Positions 20,645 to 32,100 of a stretch of 54,348 nt of DNA are shown one piece after another. The translations under genes and the position numbers were made by a program. The notes beneath the pieces are model-generated. The model was not told the origin of the DNA. It was given only the letters and a program-made list of their open reading frames with translations, and ran no database searches. Numbering within the stretch: position 1 is the stretch's first letter; every line of letters begins with the position of its first letter. The DNA lies in the sequence record SRR20825006_183. One strand, given 5' to 3'.

Positions 20645-22738
20645 ATGGCATCTACCACAGAGAAATCGAACGTAACGGAACTTAAAACTTCAAAGGAAAC
20701 ATTGCTTGAAGCATTCAAGTTGATGTGTACAGCGAAAACGCTCGCGGAAAAGTACGAGGAGAACAAGGAAATCACTTCTAAATACGTACACGCTACTTCG
20801 CGTGGACATGAGGCGATTCAATTGGCGTGTGGAATGCAGTTGAAACCGCAAGATTGGGTTTCTCCGTATTACCGCGATGACAGTATTTTATTAGGAATCG
20901 GAATGACTCCTTATGAGTTAATGTTGCAGGTTTTCGCCAAGAAAGATGATCCATTCTCAGGTGGGAGGACATACTATTCGCACCCTTCTTTGAAGCGTGA
21001 TGATATGCCGAAAATCCCTCATCAATCTTCAGCAACTGGAATGCAAGCCATCCCAACAACTGGAGTTGCAATGGGGATTCAATACAAAGAAAAGCAAGGA
21101 CTCGCAGAAGATTTCGGAGGCGAAAACCCCGTTGTAGTTTGTTCTCTAGGTGATGCATCGTGTACAGAAGGAGAAGTTTCCGAGGCGCTTCAAATGGCGA
21201 CCTTGAAACAATATCCAATTATTTATTTAGTACAAGATAACGGTTGGGATATCTCTGCAAATGCAGAGGAAACTCGCGCTCAGGATATTACACATTACGC
21301 ACGTGGATTTAACGGATTAGAAGTTAGAACCATTGATGGTAGTGATTTTGATTTATCGTTTCAAACGATGAAAGAAGTCATCGAGATTGTTCGTAAAGAA
21401 AGACGACCATTTATTGTTCATGCAAAAGTTCCTTTGCTCGGTCACCATACTTCTGGTGTTCGAAAGGAATGGTACAGAGATGATTTGGAGGAAGCAGCAA
21501 CGCGCGATCCTTATCCAAAGTTGAAAGATGCCCTTCGCCAAGCAGGAGTTGACGAGGCTGACATTATAAATATTGAGGCTGACACCAGAAAGTTAGTAGA
21601 TGCAGAATACGATTTAGCATTGAATGCGGAGGATCCAAGCCCAGAATCGATCACGGATTTTATTTTTGCTCCAACTCCAATCACTGAGGAAAAAGGTGAG
21701 CGCGAGCCAAAAGGGAAGAAGAAAACCGTGATGGTAGATTCAGCACTTTTTGCGGTGCGTGAAATCATGGAGAAACACCCGGAAGCACTTTTATACGGTC
21801 AAGATGTTGGCGGTAGATTGGGTGGTGTTTTCCGAGAAGCAGCAACGCTTGCGCAAACATTTGGTGACGATCGTGTATTTAATACGCCAATTCAAGAAGC
21901 ATACATTATTGGTTCAACAGTTGGAATGTCTGCAGTTGGGTTAAAGCCAATCGTTGAAGTACAATTCGCCGATTATATTTGGCCTGGATTGAATCAATTG
22001 TTCACGGAAGTGAGTCGTTCTTATTATTTATCGAACGGAAAATGGCCTGTGAGCTGCATCATTCGTGTGCCAATTGGCGCGTATGGTTCAGGTGGACCTT
22101 ATCATTCATCGAGTGTAGAGTCTATTTTAACCAATATTCGTGGAATTAAGGTCGCGTATCCATCAACTGGAGCGGATTTAAAAGGATTGATGAAGTCGGC
22201 ATTTGCTGATCCAAATCCAATTGTATTGCTCGAGCATAAAGGGTTGTACTGGTCGAAAATCAAAGGTACGGAAGGCGCAATGTCTATTGAACCAGATGAA
22301 GATTATGTGATTCCGTTTGGAAAAGCAAGAGTGGTACAAGAGGCGAATGATGAGGTTGTGAGCAAGGGAGAATCGTGTGTTGTAATTACATACGGACGTG
22401 GTGTTTATTGGACCATTGAAGCGGCGAAATCGTTTGAAGGTCACGTAGAAATCATCGATTTGAGAACTCTGAATCCATTGGATCACGATAAAATCAATGA
22501 GGTTGCAGCGAAGCACGGGAAAGTAATGTTGGTTACGGAGGAATCTATCGAAGCTTCATTCACACTTGGATTGGCAGGAAGGATTCAACGGGATAATTTC
22601 AAGTCCTTGGATGCGCCAGTTGCCATTGTTGGCTCGGTAGATACACCAGCAATTCCATTGAATTCTGAATTGGAAGCTAGTTTGTTGCCAAATGCGGACA
22701 AAGTGAAAACCGCGTTGGAGCAACTACTCAATTTCTAG
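20645..22738 (+). CDS. 2-oxoacid (probably branched-chain) dehydrogenase E1, fused alpha/beta
   Basis: GDA..EG...N TPP motif, FNTPIQE, QFADY, GPYHS, IDLRTL. Confidence 0.92.
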   Translation: MASTTEKSNVTELKTSKETLLEAFKLMCTAKTLAEKYEENKEITSKYVHATSRGHEAIQLACGMQLKPQDWVSPYYRDDSILLGIGMTPYELMLQVFAKKDDPFSGGRTYYSHPSLKRDDMPKIPHQSSATGMQAIPTTGVAMGIQYKEKQGLAEDFGGENPVVVCSLGDASCTEGEVSEALQMATLKQYPIIYLVQDNGWDISANAEETRAQDITHYARGFNGLEVRTIDGSDFDLSFQTMKEVIEIVRKERRPFIVHAKVPLLGHHTSGVRKEWYRDDLEEAATRDPYPKLKDALRQAGVDEADIINIEADTRKLVDAEYDLALNAEDPSPESITDFIFAPTPITEEKGEREPKGKKKTVMVDSALFAVREIMEKHPEALLYGQDVGGRLGGVFREAATLAQTFGDDRVFNTPIQEAYIIGSTVGMSAVGLKPIVEVQFADYIWPGLNQLFTEVSRSYYLSNGKWPVSCIIRVPIGAYGSGGPYHSSSVESILTNIRGIKVAYPSTGADLKGLMKSAFADPNPIVLLEHKGLYWSKIKGTEGAMSIEPDEDYVIPFGKARVVQEANDEVVSKGESCVVITYGRGVYWTIEAAKSFEGHVEIIDLRTLNPLDHDKINEVAAKHGKVMLVTEESIEASFTLGLAGRIQRDNFKSLDAPVAIVGSVDTPAIPLNSELEASLLPNADKVKTALEQLLNF

Positions 22739-23919
22739 TCGGTAGATTCTAACATTTCTTCTACCGTCCAGTGCCAATTATCTTGCCTTAACGGAAGTCG
22801 ATCGAGGTCTATTTGTTTGGTGACAATTTCAATTTCTTGATTGTTTTCAAACCATCTAAAAGTGGTTTTGTTTTTTGAATGAGTTACGGAGATTTGTAAA
22901 CCATTCATTTCAATTTTTTTCTTTATAGGGTCGAAGCGAAACGGATAATCTTTCATAGCTCCGTTGTTTTTTTCTGTGATCAAGTATCCTTTTGAGTGGA
23001 GGTGGATTCGACGGGTTTCGCTGAGGTTTATCAGATTCGAATGACCTTGGATCGAAATTACTTCATAACTTCCAGTGAGTGATGCTGAATGTTCATTTTT
23101 CGCAGAATTTAATGAAATATATGGAGAAGTGATCTCAAAAGCGATAAGTAGAAGAGCTACGACCTTAATTCCAAACCAAAGTTTTGAGTCGGATTGAACA
23201 ATTTTAAACTCATTTTCTGTAGTCTCTTTTCCAAAAAACGCCTTTCTAAAAATTGAGAAGTAGGGAGCAAAAACAACCATCGATGAAACGAGAAGTACAA
23301 ACGAAAGCAGCTTAACGGTGATGTCGAATCCAATGTTTAGAAAGAATACATTTGTAAAAACACCGATCGCAATAAAAGAACCTAACATGCGCGTTTTTCT
23401 ATGAAAAAGCAAAAGTCCAGGAATTACTTCAATCAATCCCATGAACACATTATAAGTCTGACTACTTCCCATTGTCGACCAAAAAAGGATATCCTTGCTG
23501 AGCATTCCCGTTGGCGTAAATAAGGTGTTCGGTTCGGGAGGATAAAATTGATGAAGCAGGAGTTTATCTACTCCATATTTGAGAAGAAACAACGATAGAA
23601 GATACGTGAGAACTTGATGAAGTCTCAATGTAAAAACCTCAAGTTTTATTTTTTGTTGCTTCAATAGAAGTACTCCCAAAATGACGGATACAAACAATAG
23701 AAATCCCGCTTGGACATATCCAATAATGGAATCTGAAGAAGAATAATACGTTGTACCGTCAATTCCAAAAATCTCTTGCGAGATCCAATTATAGAAAGGA
23801 AGCAATAATTCCGTGAAGAATTTTCCAATCGAAGGAAGGACCTCGTAAGAAAAAGGAAGTGTGAGGAGAAAAAGAACGGACCAATTCCCAACAATCACAA
23901 AAAGGAGTCGTTTAGTCAA
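22735..23919 (-). CDS. DoxX-like integral membrane protein with C-terminal soluble domain
   Basis: YG.DKL...QF, LFWSTMGSS..YN.F.G.IE, NIGFDITVK motifs; TTG start overlaps the upstream stop. Confidence 0.75.
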   Translation of the reverse strand: MTKRLLFVIVGNWSVLFLLTLPFSYEVLPSIGKFFTELLLPFYNWISQEIFGIDGTTYYSSSDSIIGYVQAGFLLFVSVILGVLLLKQQKIKLEVFTLRLHQVLTYLLSLFLLKYGVDKLLLHQFYPPEPNTLFTPTGMLSKDILFWSTMGSSQTYNVFMGLIEVIPGLLLFHRKTRMLGSFIAIGVFTNVFFLNIGFDITVKLLSFVLLVSSMVVFAPYFSIFRKAFFGKETTENEFKIVQSDSKLWFGIKVVALLLIAFEITSPYISLNSAKNEHSASLTGSYEVISIQGHSNLINLSETRRIHLHSKGYLITEKNNGAMKDYPFRFDPIKKKIEMNGLQISVTHSKNKTTFRWFENNQEIEIVTKQIDLDRLPLRQDNWHWTVEEMLESTD

Positions 23920-24358
23920 CGGAGATTTTAGTTTGTTTTCTACTATAGTATCCCGCGGCGATTACAAGCACAATCATGAACGGAATCGCTCCTTTAGATC
24001 GTCTAGACTTTTTAGTTTTCGACGTGTTCTCCTTGTAGTTTTCAAAGCCTACGAATACGACTTGCGAACCGTACATGGATTTAATTTTTTCTAAATCGAA
24101 ATCATTTTCAACAAATAAATAAGGGTCACAAATAGTGTCACGATCATAATATCCCCGAAAATGGTGCGAGACTTGCAAAATACATTCGTCACCCACATAA
24201 ATGATACTATCTATTGTTCTTGATGGAAGTCCAAAGTTGTCCGCTTCATCCGTCAGTGATGCCAGATTTCCGCTGTGACTTTTAAGAGAGATTACATTTG
24301 TTTGTCCAGATGAAAAAGCTGTTATCGTGAGAAAAGAAATTAAGAGAAATTGTTTCAT
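23912..24358 (-). CDS. Hypothetical secreted protein with C-terminal membrane anchor (paralogue of 24363-24839)
   Basis: Signal peptide + QT..ISLKSHSG..DNFG motif; C-terminal TM + basic tail. Confidence 0.75.
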   Translation of the reverse strand: MKQFLLISFLTITAFSSGQTNVISLKSHSGNLASLTDEADNFGLPSRTIDSIIYVGDECILQVSHHFRGYYDRDTICDPYLFVENDFDLEKIKSMYGSQVVFVGFENYKENTSKTKKSRRSKGAIPFMIVLVIAAGYYSRKQTKISVD

Positions 24359-24362
24359 GATT

Positions 24363-24839
24363 TTATGTGTTGGAGGGTGAAAGTTTTTTGCGAATCACAA
24401 GTCCGAAAGTGCCGATTCCGATAAGCACGATGATCCATGGAGATTGACTTCGAGATGGTCTACTTTTCATTGGTCGTGTACTGCCTTCGTCTTTCCTTTT
24501 TTCAAAATCTTTAAAAACAGTACCAGGAGCTAGTTCATTTTTAAGCAACTCTGGGTTGTAATTGAACTCTTTGAAAAGCGGATCATTGCAAAGCGTATCA
24601 CAATAGGATACAAATTTTGAAGATTTTATTTGAACGCAATTATTCCCAAGATAGGTCAATGTATCAGGAGTTCCTGGAAGATACATTGGAAAATCCATTG
24701 GCGGATCTCCAAAGTTATCTCCGTGATTACTGAGTTCAGCAAGTTGTCCTGAGTGACTTTTCAGCGCGATAATTCCCGTTTGTGCCTGAGAAAAACCAGT
24801 AACTATTGACACAAGAAGAAAAAGAATTCGATTTCTCAT
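24363..24839 (-). CDS. Hypothetical secreted protein with C-terminal membrane anchor (paralogue of 23912-24358)
   Basis: Signal peptide + QT..IALKSHSG..DNFG motif; C-terminal TM + RKK. Confidence 0.75.
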   Translation of the reverse strand: MRNRILFLLVSIVTGFSQAQTGIIALKSHSGQLAELSNHGDNFGDPPMDFPMYLPGTPDTLTYLGNNCVQIKSSKFVSYCDTLCNDPLFKEFNYNPELLKNELAPGTVFKDFEKRKDEGSTRPMKSRPSRSQSPWIIVLIGIGTFGLVIRKKLSPSNT

Positions 24840-24958
24840 AAGAAGTTGTTTTTTCCCTGTACAATGCTTTCTTGATTTAGTTCAATTCCACGAAAAAAAA
24901 GGTGGATTGGGATGATTTTCGCAAGGAATATTCTACTTTTAGTTCACAAAATCGAGGG

Positions 24959-25882
24959 ATGAAACTACAGAGATCATATACAGTAAAAGAGATAGCGGAA
25001 TTAATTCAGTGTGAATTCGTTGGAGACCCATCGCATGAAGTCACTGGAATCAATGAAATACATAAAGTGGAGCACGGCGATCTTGTCTTTGTAGATCATC
25101 CAAAATATTACGAAAAAGCATTAGGAAGTAAGGCAACAACAATTTTGATTGATAAAAAAGTTGATTGTCCAGAAGGAAAAGCGCTAATTGTTTCTGAAAA
25201 ACCATTCGATGACTATAATAAGTTAACGCGTCATTTTTCACCTACGGTAATGCTCAACGCTGCGATTGGAGAAAACTCAATCGTTCACCCTTCAGCGAAA
25301 ATTTACCCGAATGTAACGATTGGTCATAATTGCTCAATAGGCGAGAATGTGACGTTATACCCTGGAGTTGTTATTGGCGACGGATCGATTTTGGAAGAGA
25401 ATGTAATCGTTGGACCAAATTCTGTTATTGGACATTATGCTTTTTATTACAAAAAGAAGCCAACAGGATTTGATAGAATGCACAGTTGCGGATTCGTTCA
25501 CCTTCACAAAGGAGTTGAAATTGGTGCGCTTTGTACAATTGATGCTGGCGTTTCGGGTGTGACGGAGATCGGAGAAGGAACAAAAATTGACAATCAAGTA
25601 CACATTGGGCATGATACCGTTGTAGGAAAGAATTGTTTAATGGCGGCAAATGTCGGAATAGCAGGTTGCGTTACCGTTCAGGATCATGTTACACTTTGGG
25701 GACAAGTTGGAGTGGTGAGTGACATCGTAATTGGAGAAGGAGCAGTTGTATATGGACAATCTGGAGTAGGTAAAAGCCTCGAAGGTGGAAAATCTTACCT
25801 TGGAAGTCCTTGCGTTGAAGCGCGGGTTCATTTCCGTGAATTAGCAGCACTGAAAAAGTTACCAGAGTTTTTAGAGAAGTAA
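24959..25882 (+). CDS. lpxD: UDP-3-O-acyl-glucosamine N-acyltransferase (LpxD-like)
   Basis: LpxD N-domain, hexapeptide repeats, TKIDNQVHIGHD; start ATG 24959; may be a paralogue of the main lpxD. Confidence 0.8.
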   Translation: MKLQRSYTVKEIAELIQCEFVGDPSHEVTGINEIHKVEHGDLVFVDHPKYYEKALGSKATTILIDKKVDCPEGKALIVSEKPFDDYNKLTRHFSPTVMLNAAIGENSIVHPSAKIYPNVTIGHNCSIGENVTLYPGVVIGDGSILEENVIVGPNSVIGHYAFYYKKKPTGFDRMHSCGFVHLHKGVEIGALCTIDAGVSGVTEIGEGTKIDNQVHIGHDTVVGKNCLMAANVGIAGCVTVQDHVTLWGQVGVVSDIVIGEGAVVYGQSGVGKSLEGGKSYLGSPCVEARVHFRELAALKKLPEFLEK

Positions 25883-25975
25883 CTAGGACTTGAAGGTGAG
25901 GCCGACATTCGGTTTTCAACACAATTCATCTGATAAGCAATTGGTCTTTAGACGAAACTAGGGCTTTATTCACTG

Positions 25976-25983
25976 TATCTTTG
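25976..25983 (+). promoter_or_regulatory. Bacteroidota -7 promoter element
   Basis: TATCTTTG upstream of ATG 26000. Confidence 0.55.
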
Positions 25984-25999
25984 GAGTAGGACACTTCAA

Positions 26000-27232
26000 A
26001 TGGCAAATCAATTAATAGAAAATCTCGAACATCAGCTAGAATTGAAAGATTTTAAACTGAATTCATTACTGGAGATTACCATTGCCATTAACACTAATCG
26101 AAGTGTTAAAGAAATCACCCGTCTCTTTGAGTTTATCGTACGTGAGCAACTCGGCTTTGACAAGTTTGTTTTGTTCAATAAGCAAGATGAATGGAATCAC
26201 TTACTTCGAGTTGGATACCGCGGAAAAGTGAAAGATGTAGACTGCGAAAAAGAGTTTGCGAGATTTAAAGAAATCACGGTCATTGAGTCATCTCATACAC
26301 CAATTTTAAAGGATTTTGAAGTCGTGATCCCCGTTTTTCACAATGGCAAGCCCTTGGCGTATTTGTTATTGGGTGATGTCGACATCAAGAATAACGGCAT
26401 TGGAAGTCAACTTAACTACCTTGGCTTCATTCAAACGTTGACAAATATTATCGTCGTTGCGCTAGAGAATCGGCGAATGGCAAAGCAAAGTATTTATCAG
26501 GAGCGATTCAAAAAGGAACTCGAAATTGCTTCGGCAATGCAAAAGTTACTGTTTCCAGACGATTTGCCTTCCAATAAACGAATGGACATCTCCGCACGGT
26601 ACACACCGCGACATGAAGTTGGCGGAGATTACTATGATTTTATTCCCTTGGGTGATGACGAATACATTATCTGTATTGCAGATGTTTCTGGAAAGGGAAT
26701 TTCTGCGGCTATGCTCATGGCGAACTTCCAAGCGACAATTAGAACCTTGTTTCAGTACCAACGCTTTGAAATGGAGTTTTTATTGACTGAGTTGAATAAG
26801 AAAGTCATGAAAAGCGCGAAAGGAGAGAAGTTTATTACCTTTTTCATTGCGCACTACAATGCCAATACGCGAAAGCTCTCGTATGTAAATGCGGGGCACA
26901 ATCATCCGTTCATCACGAATGGAAAAACGGTTGAAGATTTAGATCAAGGATGCATCGGCTTGGGAATGATGGATGAACTTCCTTTCATTAATGTGGGTGA
27001 AAAAGAACTCGGACCAAATACAACAATCGTATTGTACACTGATGGTGTAGTGGAGTTGGAAAACGAAGCAGAAGAATTTTTTGGAACAGAACGCTTGGTA
27101 AAGTTGGTGCATAATTATTACCCACTAAAAATGGAAGACATGAACAGTCTCATTTTTTCCAAGTTAGATGAATGGAAAGGTCCGTTGGAATTAGTTGACG
27201 ACACGGCAATTTTTAGTTGTCGGTTTTTTTAG
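26000..27232 (+). CDS. PP2C/SpoIIE (RsbU-like) serine phosphatase
   Basis: VGGDYYD, ADVSGKG, NAGH, YTDGVVE, DDTA motifs. Confidence 0.93.
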   Translation: MANQLIENLEHQLELKDFKLNSLLEITIAINTNRSVKEITRLFEFIVREQLGFDKFVLFNKQDEWNHLLRVGYRGKVKDVDCEKEFARFKEITVIESSHTPILKDFEVVIPVFHNGKPLAYLLLGDVDIKNNGIGSQLNYLGFIQTLTNIIVVALENRRMAKQSIYQERFKKELEIASAMQKLLFPDDLPSNKRMDISARYTPRHEVGGDYYDFIPLGDDEYIICIADVSGKGISAAMLMANFQATIRTLFQYQRFEMEFLLTELNKKVMKSAKGEKFITFFIAHYNANTRKLSYVNAGHNHPFITNGKTVEDLDQGCIGLGMMDELPFINVGEKELGPNTTIVLYTDGVVELENEAEEFFGTERLVKLVHNYYPLKMEDMNSLIFSKLDEWKGPLELVDDTAIFSCRFF

Positions 27233-27253
27233 ACAAATATTACCATCTCGAAT

Positions 27254-28744
27254 TTGAAAAATTATAGTTCTCAATTACTAATTTCCACAAAAATACCTTT
27301 GGTCGTTTTACTAGTTTTCGGACTTTTCATAACCACTGCGGCTTTCTGCAATCACTATTTTTTCAGAACTTTTGCGTTTGATTACGGTGCATACAATTTT
27401 GCATTCTACGATTTTGCTCACTTTCGTGTGAGTCCAAGTCCAGTGTATGGTGCAGTTGAAACAAGTTTTATGCAAGACCATTTGTCTTTTACAATGTTCT
27501 TTTTTATTCCGTTGTTTTGGCTGTTTAAATGGGTTTTCGGAACGTACACCTTGCTGTTTATTCAGTCGATTTTTATCGTTTGGGGAGGCTGGGCTTCACA
27601 TCAATTAGTAAAGGAAAAAACACAATCTAAAGGAATTGCTTTGTTCACTTTAGTTGCCTATTTCATGTTATTCGGGAGGTTTAGCGCGCTCACGGGAGAT
27701 TGTAACCTGATGATTATCCTATCGAGTTTTGTGCCTGTGTTTTTGCTTTCCTTCCACCGAAAGAAATTTGTTTTGGCCACGTTGTGCTTCCTCTTTCTTA
27801 TTCTCGGAAGAGAGAGCGTTCCGCTTTGGATGATTTTCATTTGTATTCTGCTTATGATCAATTATCGTAAGGATAGAAAAAGTCTTTGGATGGCATTTGG
27901 ATTTATACTTATGTCGATCATTTACTTCGTTGTTGCCTTTAAACTGATCATCCCAGCGTTAGAAAATCCCGATCGTCCGTTCGACTTATTTCAATACAGT
28001 GCGCTAGGCAAAGATCCATTCGAAGCCATTCAATTTTTGCTTTCTCATCCTATTGACAGCATAAAGATGGCTTTCGTTAATCACAAAGGTGACTCGTTTT
28101 TTGACGGCGTTAAATGGGAATTTTACAGCGTTTATTTGATTTCTGGAGGAGCGATACTGCTTTTCAAACCAAAGTACTTGATCCCGTTTATACCGATAAT
28201 TCTACAGAAAATGTTTAATGACCATTCAGTAAGATGGGGAATTGAATCGTATTATGGGATTGAATTTGTAAGCGTTATGCCGTTGTTCATTGGTTTAGCG
28301 ATGGGGGAGTTTAAAAGTGATCTAATTAGGAAATTTATCCCAGTGCTGGCGACAATAACTCTGCTTTTCATGACTTTTCACAAGCTTAATCCCGTTAATC
28401 GTGAAGTGCCGTGGTACGGAGAAGGAAAAATGAACCCATTTCAAGCTTCGTTCTATAAATCACCGTTGGATATTTCTTCAATTAACAATCATTTGGCTAA
28501 GATTCCTTCGAATGCAAAAATAGCGGCTACAGGGAATATTCTTTCGCATTTGGCTTTTCGTGATAAGGTGAACTACTTTCCGTTTTATTTTGATGATGTG
28601 GATTATATTGTAATTCTAGATCACGGAATTCAGTTTAAATATTCGGATGAGCAATTTCAAGAAGAAGTGAATAATGTAAAGAATGACCCCGAGTTTCGAA
28701 TCATGCTCGAAGATAGAGATTTACTTATTTTTAGAAGAAGATAG
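27254..28744 (+). CDS. DUF2079-family multi-pass membrane protein (possible GT-C glycosyltransferase)
   Basis: N-terminal F..FD.G.Y and DH motifs, RE motif, many TM helices; TTG start uncertain. Confidence 0.7.
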   Translation: MKNYSSQLLISTKIPLVVLLVFGLFITTAAFCNHYFFRTFAFDYGAYNFAFYDFAHFRVSPSPVYGAVETSFMQDHLSFTMFFFIPLFWLFKWVFGTYTLLFIQSIFIVWGGWASHQLVKEKTQSKGIALFTLVAYFMLFGRFSALTGDCNLMIILSSFVPVFLLSFHRKKFVLATLCFLFLILGRESVPLWMIFICILLMINYRKDRKSLWMAFGFILMSIIYFVVAFKLIIPALENPDRPFDLFQYSALGKDPFEAIQFLLSHPIDSIKMAFVNHKGDSFFDGVKWEFYSVYLISGGAILLFKPKYLIPFIPIILQKMFNDHSVRWGIESYYGIEFVSVMPLFIGLAMGEFKSDLIRKFIPVLATITLLFMTFHKLNPVNREVPWYGEGKMNPFQASFYKSPLDISSINNHLAKIPSNAKIAATGNILSHLAFRDKVNYFPFYFDDVDYIVILDHGIQFKYSDEQFQEEVNNVKNDPEFRIMLEDRDLLIFRRR

Positions 28745-28791
28745 CATCAGAATTCTTTTAGATGATTAGAATCAACTAATTTCTGTTCCAA

Positions 28792-29172
28792 TTAGATCAT
28801 AGGCCCAAAAGCAATCACAAATCCCAAATAAGTGATTACAAAGGAAAAGAAACTTCCAAAGATGAATAGTACCCATCTTCCCGTGGATGAAAAGAGGTCT
28901 GCTTTAAAATAATAGTTCAGAAATATCTCTGTTACCCATCCCACTGTGTAGCAAACATTGACCACAAGAACATAGAGGATAAAAGTCATCAAAAAGGAAG
29001 TAGAATCGAAAAGTACCCACGATTGCGCGGTAAAGTATGCAAGCACTCCAGCAATAAATAGAATTGCATTAAAGATATACCTTCTAGATTCCCACCATTT
29101 TACGGAAAGCTGAGTATAGTCTAATTTTTCGCGCGGTTTATCTGGTGAATCTATGATTTCTTTCTCTTCCAA
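28792..29172 (-). CDS. Hypothetical membrane protein
   Basis: WWESRR..FN, NVCYTVGWVTE motifs; three TM helices. Confidence 0.7.
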   Translation of the reverse strand: MEEKEIIDSPDKPREKLDYTQLSVKWWESRRYIFNAILFIAGVLAYFTAQSWVLFDSTSFLMTFILYVLVVNVCYTVGWVTEIFLNYYFKADLFSSTGRWVLFIFGSFFSFVITYLGFVIAFGPMI

Positions 29173-29188
29173 AGTGTTTGCGATCTTC

Positions 29189-32100
29189 TTATCTCAGCAA
29201 GTACATTTTACCAAAATCCTTGGTGAAATAACTGTCCGCGCCAGAGTCACGATGCTCGATTGATTCGCCTTTAATTTGGGCTTTTACACGATACAAATAA
29301 ACCCCGTTTGCAAGAGGATCGCCAAACTCGTCCGTCCCATCCCACGCATATTCAGTGATGTTTCTTCCAATCCGAATAGTTCCTAATTGATCCTCCGTAA
29401 TTTCGCGAACAACTCGACCTGAAACAGTCATAATCTGAATGATTATTTCATCAGGTTCTTCAGATCCTGTTAATGTAAATACAAAACGAGTACTCGTACT
29501 AAACGGATTCGGATAGTTCATCATACGAGTAATGGTAGATGCATGAATAACCTCAAACGAAACGCGGTATTCTAAATCCCCAGATAAGTTTCCACTTCGA
29601 TCGGCTCCTTGAACAAAAAGCGTATACGTTCCATCTACTTTGAAATCACTTGGCCATAAAATTTTGAAACGTCTGTTTTGGGCCGTCGCTGGAATCCACT
29701 GCATTACCGTATTTCCTGTTGCATCTATAAATGGAATTCTTTTCTGAAGTCCGTTCGGATCAGTCAAATAGACTCCAAACAACGTTGTGTCGGAAATATT
29801 ATCCATTATAATAAATGGATTGTCGTCTTTCAAAGTGATCAGAATTTCGCTATTCGGATCGATAATGTCTCCGTTCAAAACATGGGTTCCGTTAAAGGTG
29901 ACATCCAGCAATGGTTGTCGATCATCGGGATTCACGAAAAATGGGAGTTGAAGTACATTGTTGAAATGTTCTTGCTCCGGCTGATCAGTAACGTAAAGAC
30001 TACCGTTGATGTATGGATTAACAACCATCCAAAGAGAGTTAATTCCAGAAAGTCCGACAGTTGATATCGTTACAGTATCTCTTATGACTTGCCCAACGCG
30101 CAGTGAGTCTTGACGTGTATAGGGAATTGGATGAATAACTGAATTTCCGTCTTCAATCCAATAACTAATCAACAAAGAATCCATATCGATGGAATAAATG
30201 TTTTTCACGTCAACTGCGAATTGAACCGTTTCACCTTCCTCTAATGTGTCGCCAGTGTGCGTCCAAGTATACAAAGTACTTCCGTCAATCGCTGCTTCCG
30301 GTAGCGGTTGATAGAGAACATGCCAACGATCAATTTGCGAAGGTGTAAATGTTGTGGAGTCTAAGTAAAACGCTTCCAAATTAATATATGGGTATTGTGA
30401 AGCATCCACTAAATTATTCAGGTCGAGGAGCGAGTCATTGGCAGTGAAAAGTGTATCAATTCTGAATTGAAAGCTTCCAGTAATATCATACGCCCGAATT
30501 GTGAGTCCTGTAGAATCGTTCAACGCGGCTTCAAGAGGATCTTGCTTCCAGTATACATTTCCCCACTCTGCTGCTGGACCAATCCGTGTGGACCGTTCTG
30601 AGCCTAAATAATCGTAGCCAGTGATAAACGTTTCAATGGTAGCGTTGTCTCCGTCAAATTGACCAACGTCTTCTACAGCTGAGGCTGGATTTCCTTTTTG
30701 CGCATAGAATGCAAATGGTCTATTAGGTAAATTCCCGTTGATGCTGTCTGAGCCAAGTGCTGTGAAGAGATCATACATATCAGTAGAATCAATCGAGTTC
30801 CACAAGTCATATCGCGTTAAACGTGGCGAGTAAATAACAATATGAAAACCATCTGGAATTCTATTCTGAATTAAACTTTGAAATGAATCTAATTGAACTG
30901 GATCATCTTGTCTGAAGGTGAAGATGTTCATCGGTCTGCCATCTGGATACCATGAACTATTGTCATTGTTGTTTCCAAAATTATTGTTCAAGTTACTTCC
31001 AGTAGACACTCTTCGTGTGTACCAAGGTTCCAAAGTGACAGGGTCAATAACTGCAACGTGCAATTTGTCAAAGAAATTACCGAGCCCATAATTGTCAGTA
31101 AAGTAGTCTCCGTTGAGCGTCCATTGATTCAAATACCATTCAGAAGGAGATGCATAAGCTCCTGCTTTTAATTCTTTCACGTTTGGACCAAAAAGCCGCT
31201 CTCGAGTTGGGCGATCATAATCAATTCCGTTGAATCCATTCTTCTTAAATTGAAAGAAATGATCTTGTCCCCAGCCAGTTTTCCCTGTGATATGCTGGAA
31301 GGAAAATTCTCTCCAATTTGGAATAGGTTCGTCAATTGCGGCTCTCCAAAAGTAAACCATACTGTCTTCGCAGACTAAAGGATCTGACATTCCGGAAGAA
31401 ACCGACAACCATTCAGAAGGATTTACTTCTTTCACTCCTCCGTATCCCGAGATGGTTGCAAAACGATGTTCTGGGCTATTGAATAAGTCTGTCGTGTCAA
31501 TTTCAAAGCGATAGGTGTTGAACGCCGCAATTGGATTAATTGTGGATGCTTTTACAGTTACGCTGTCATCAGGAACTACTGCAAAGTCCCATGGGATTAC
31601 AGGGAGAATTCCGTCAATGTCTATGAATAAGGTCTTGGAGATTTGGTTGTTTCCAAGCTCGTCGTACTGTTCTGAAACCTGAGAAGGAATGTCAGCAGCA
31701 ATCGTAAATGTATTAAGTCCAATTCCAATGCTCGGTTGCATCGGCATTTTGAACGAAAAAGTGTCCTTGTAGTTCAAATCACTGATGTAAAATGTGTACA
31801 AAGAATCATCAATTGATTGTGGGAAGTTTCGCGTAATCTCCAGGGTAAATGGTTCAGTGACGGATCTACCTAAATTGGTAAGAACAATGTGTATTTCTAT
31901 ACTGTCAACAGTAAGGTCCAAATCTTCTGGAGTAAAGTATACCCGATCTGAAGTGAGTTCAATTTCTGGTCGGTCATGGTGATTTAAGCGAATCATTGGA
32001 TCGCCATTGAGTACCATTTGAGAACAAGTTGATTCAAGATAAAGGCTTGTACCACCGATTTCGATGCTCTGAATGGTATTCTTCATCTGCTCACCTAAAG

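Noticed and set aside
20645-22738. Fusion of E1 alpha and beta subunits
   Set aside because: Common arrangement in Bacteroidota, not novel.
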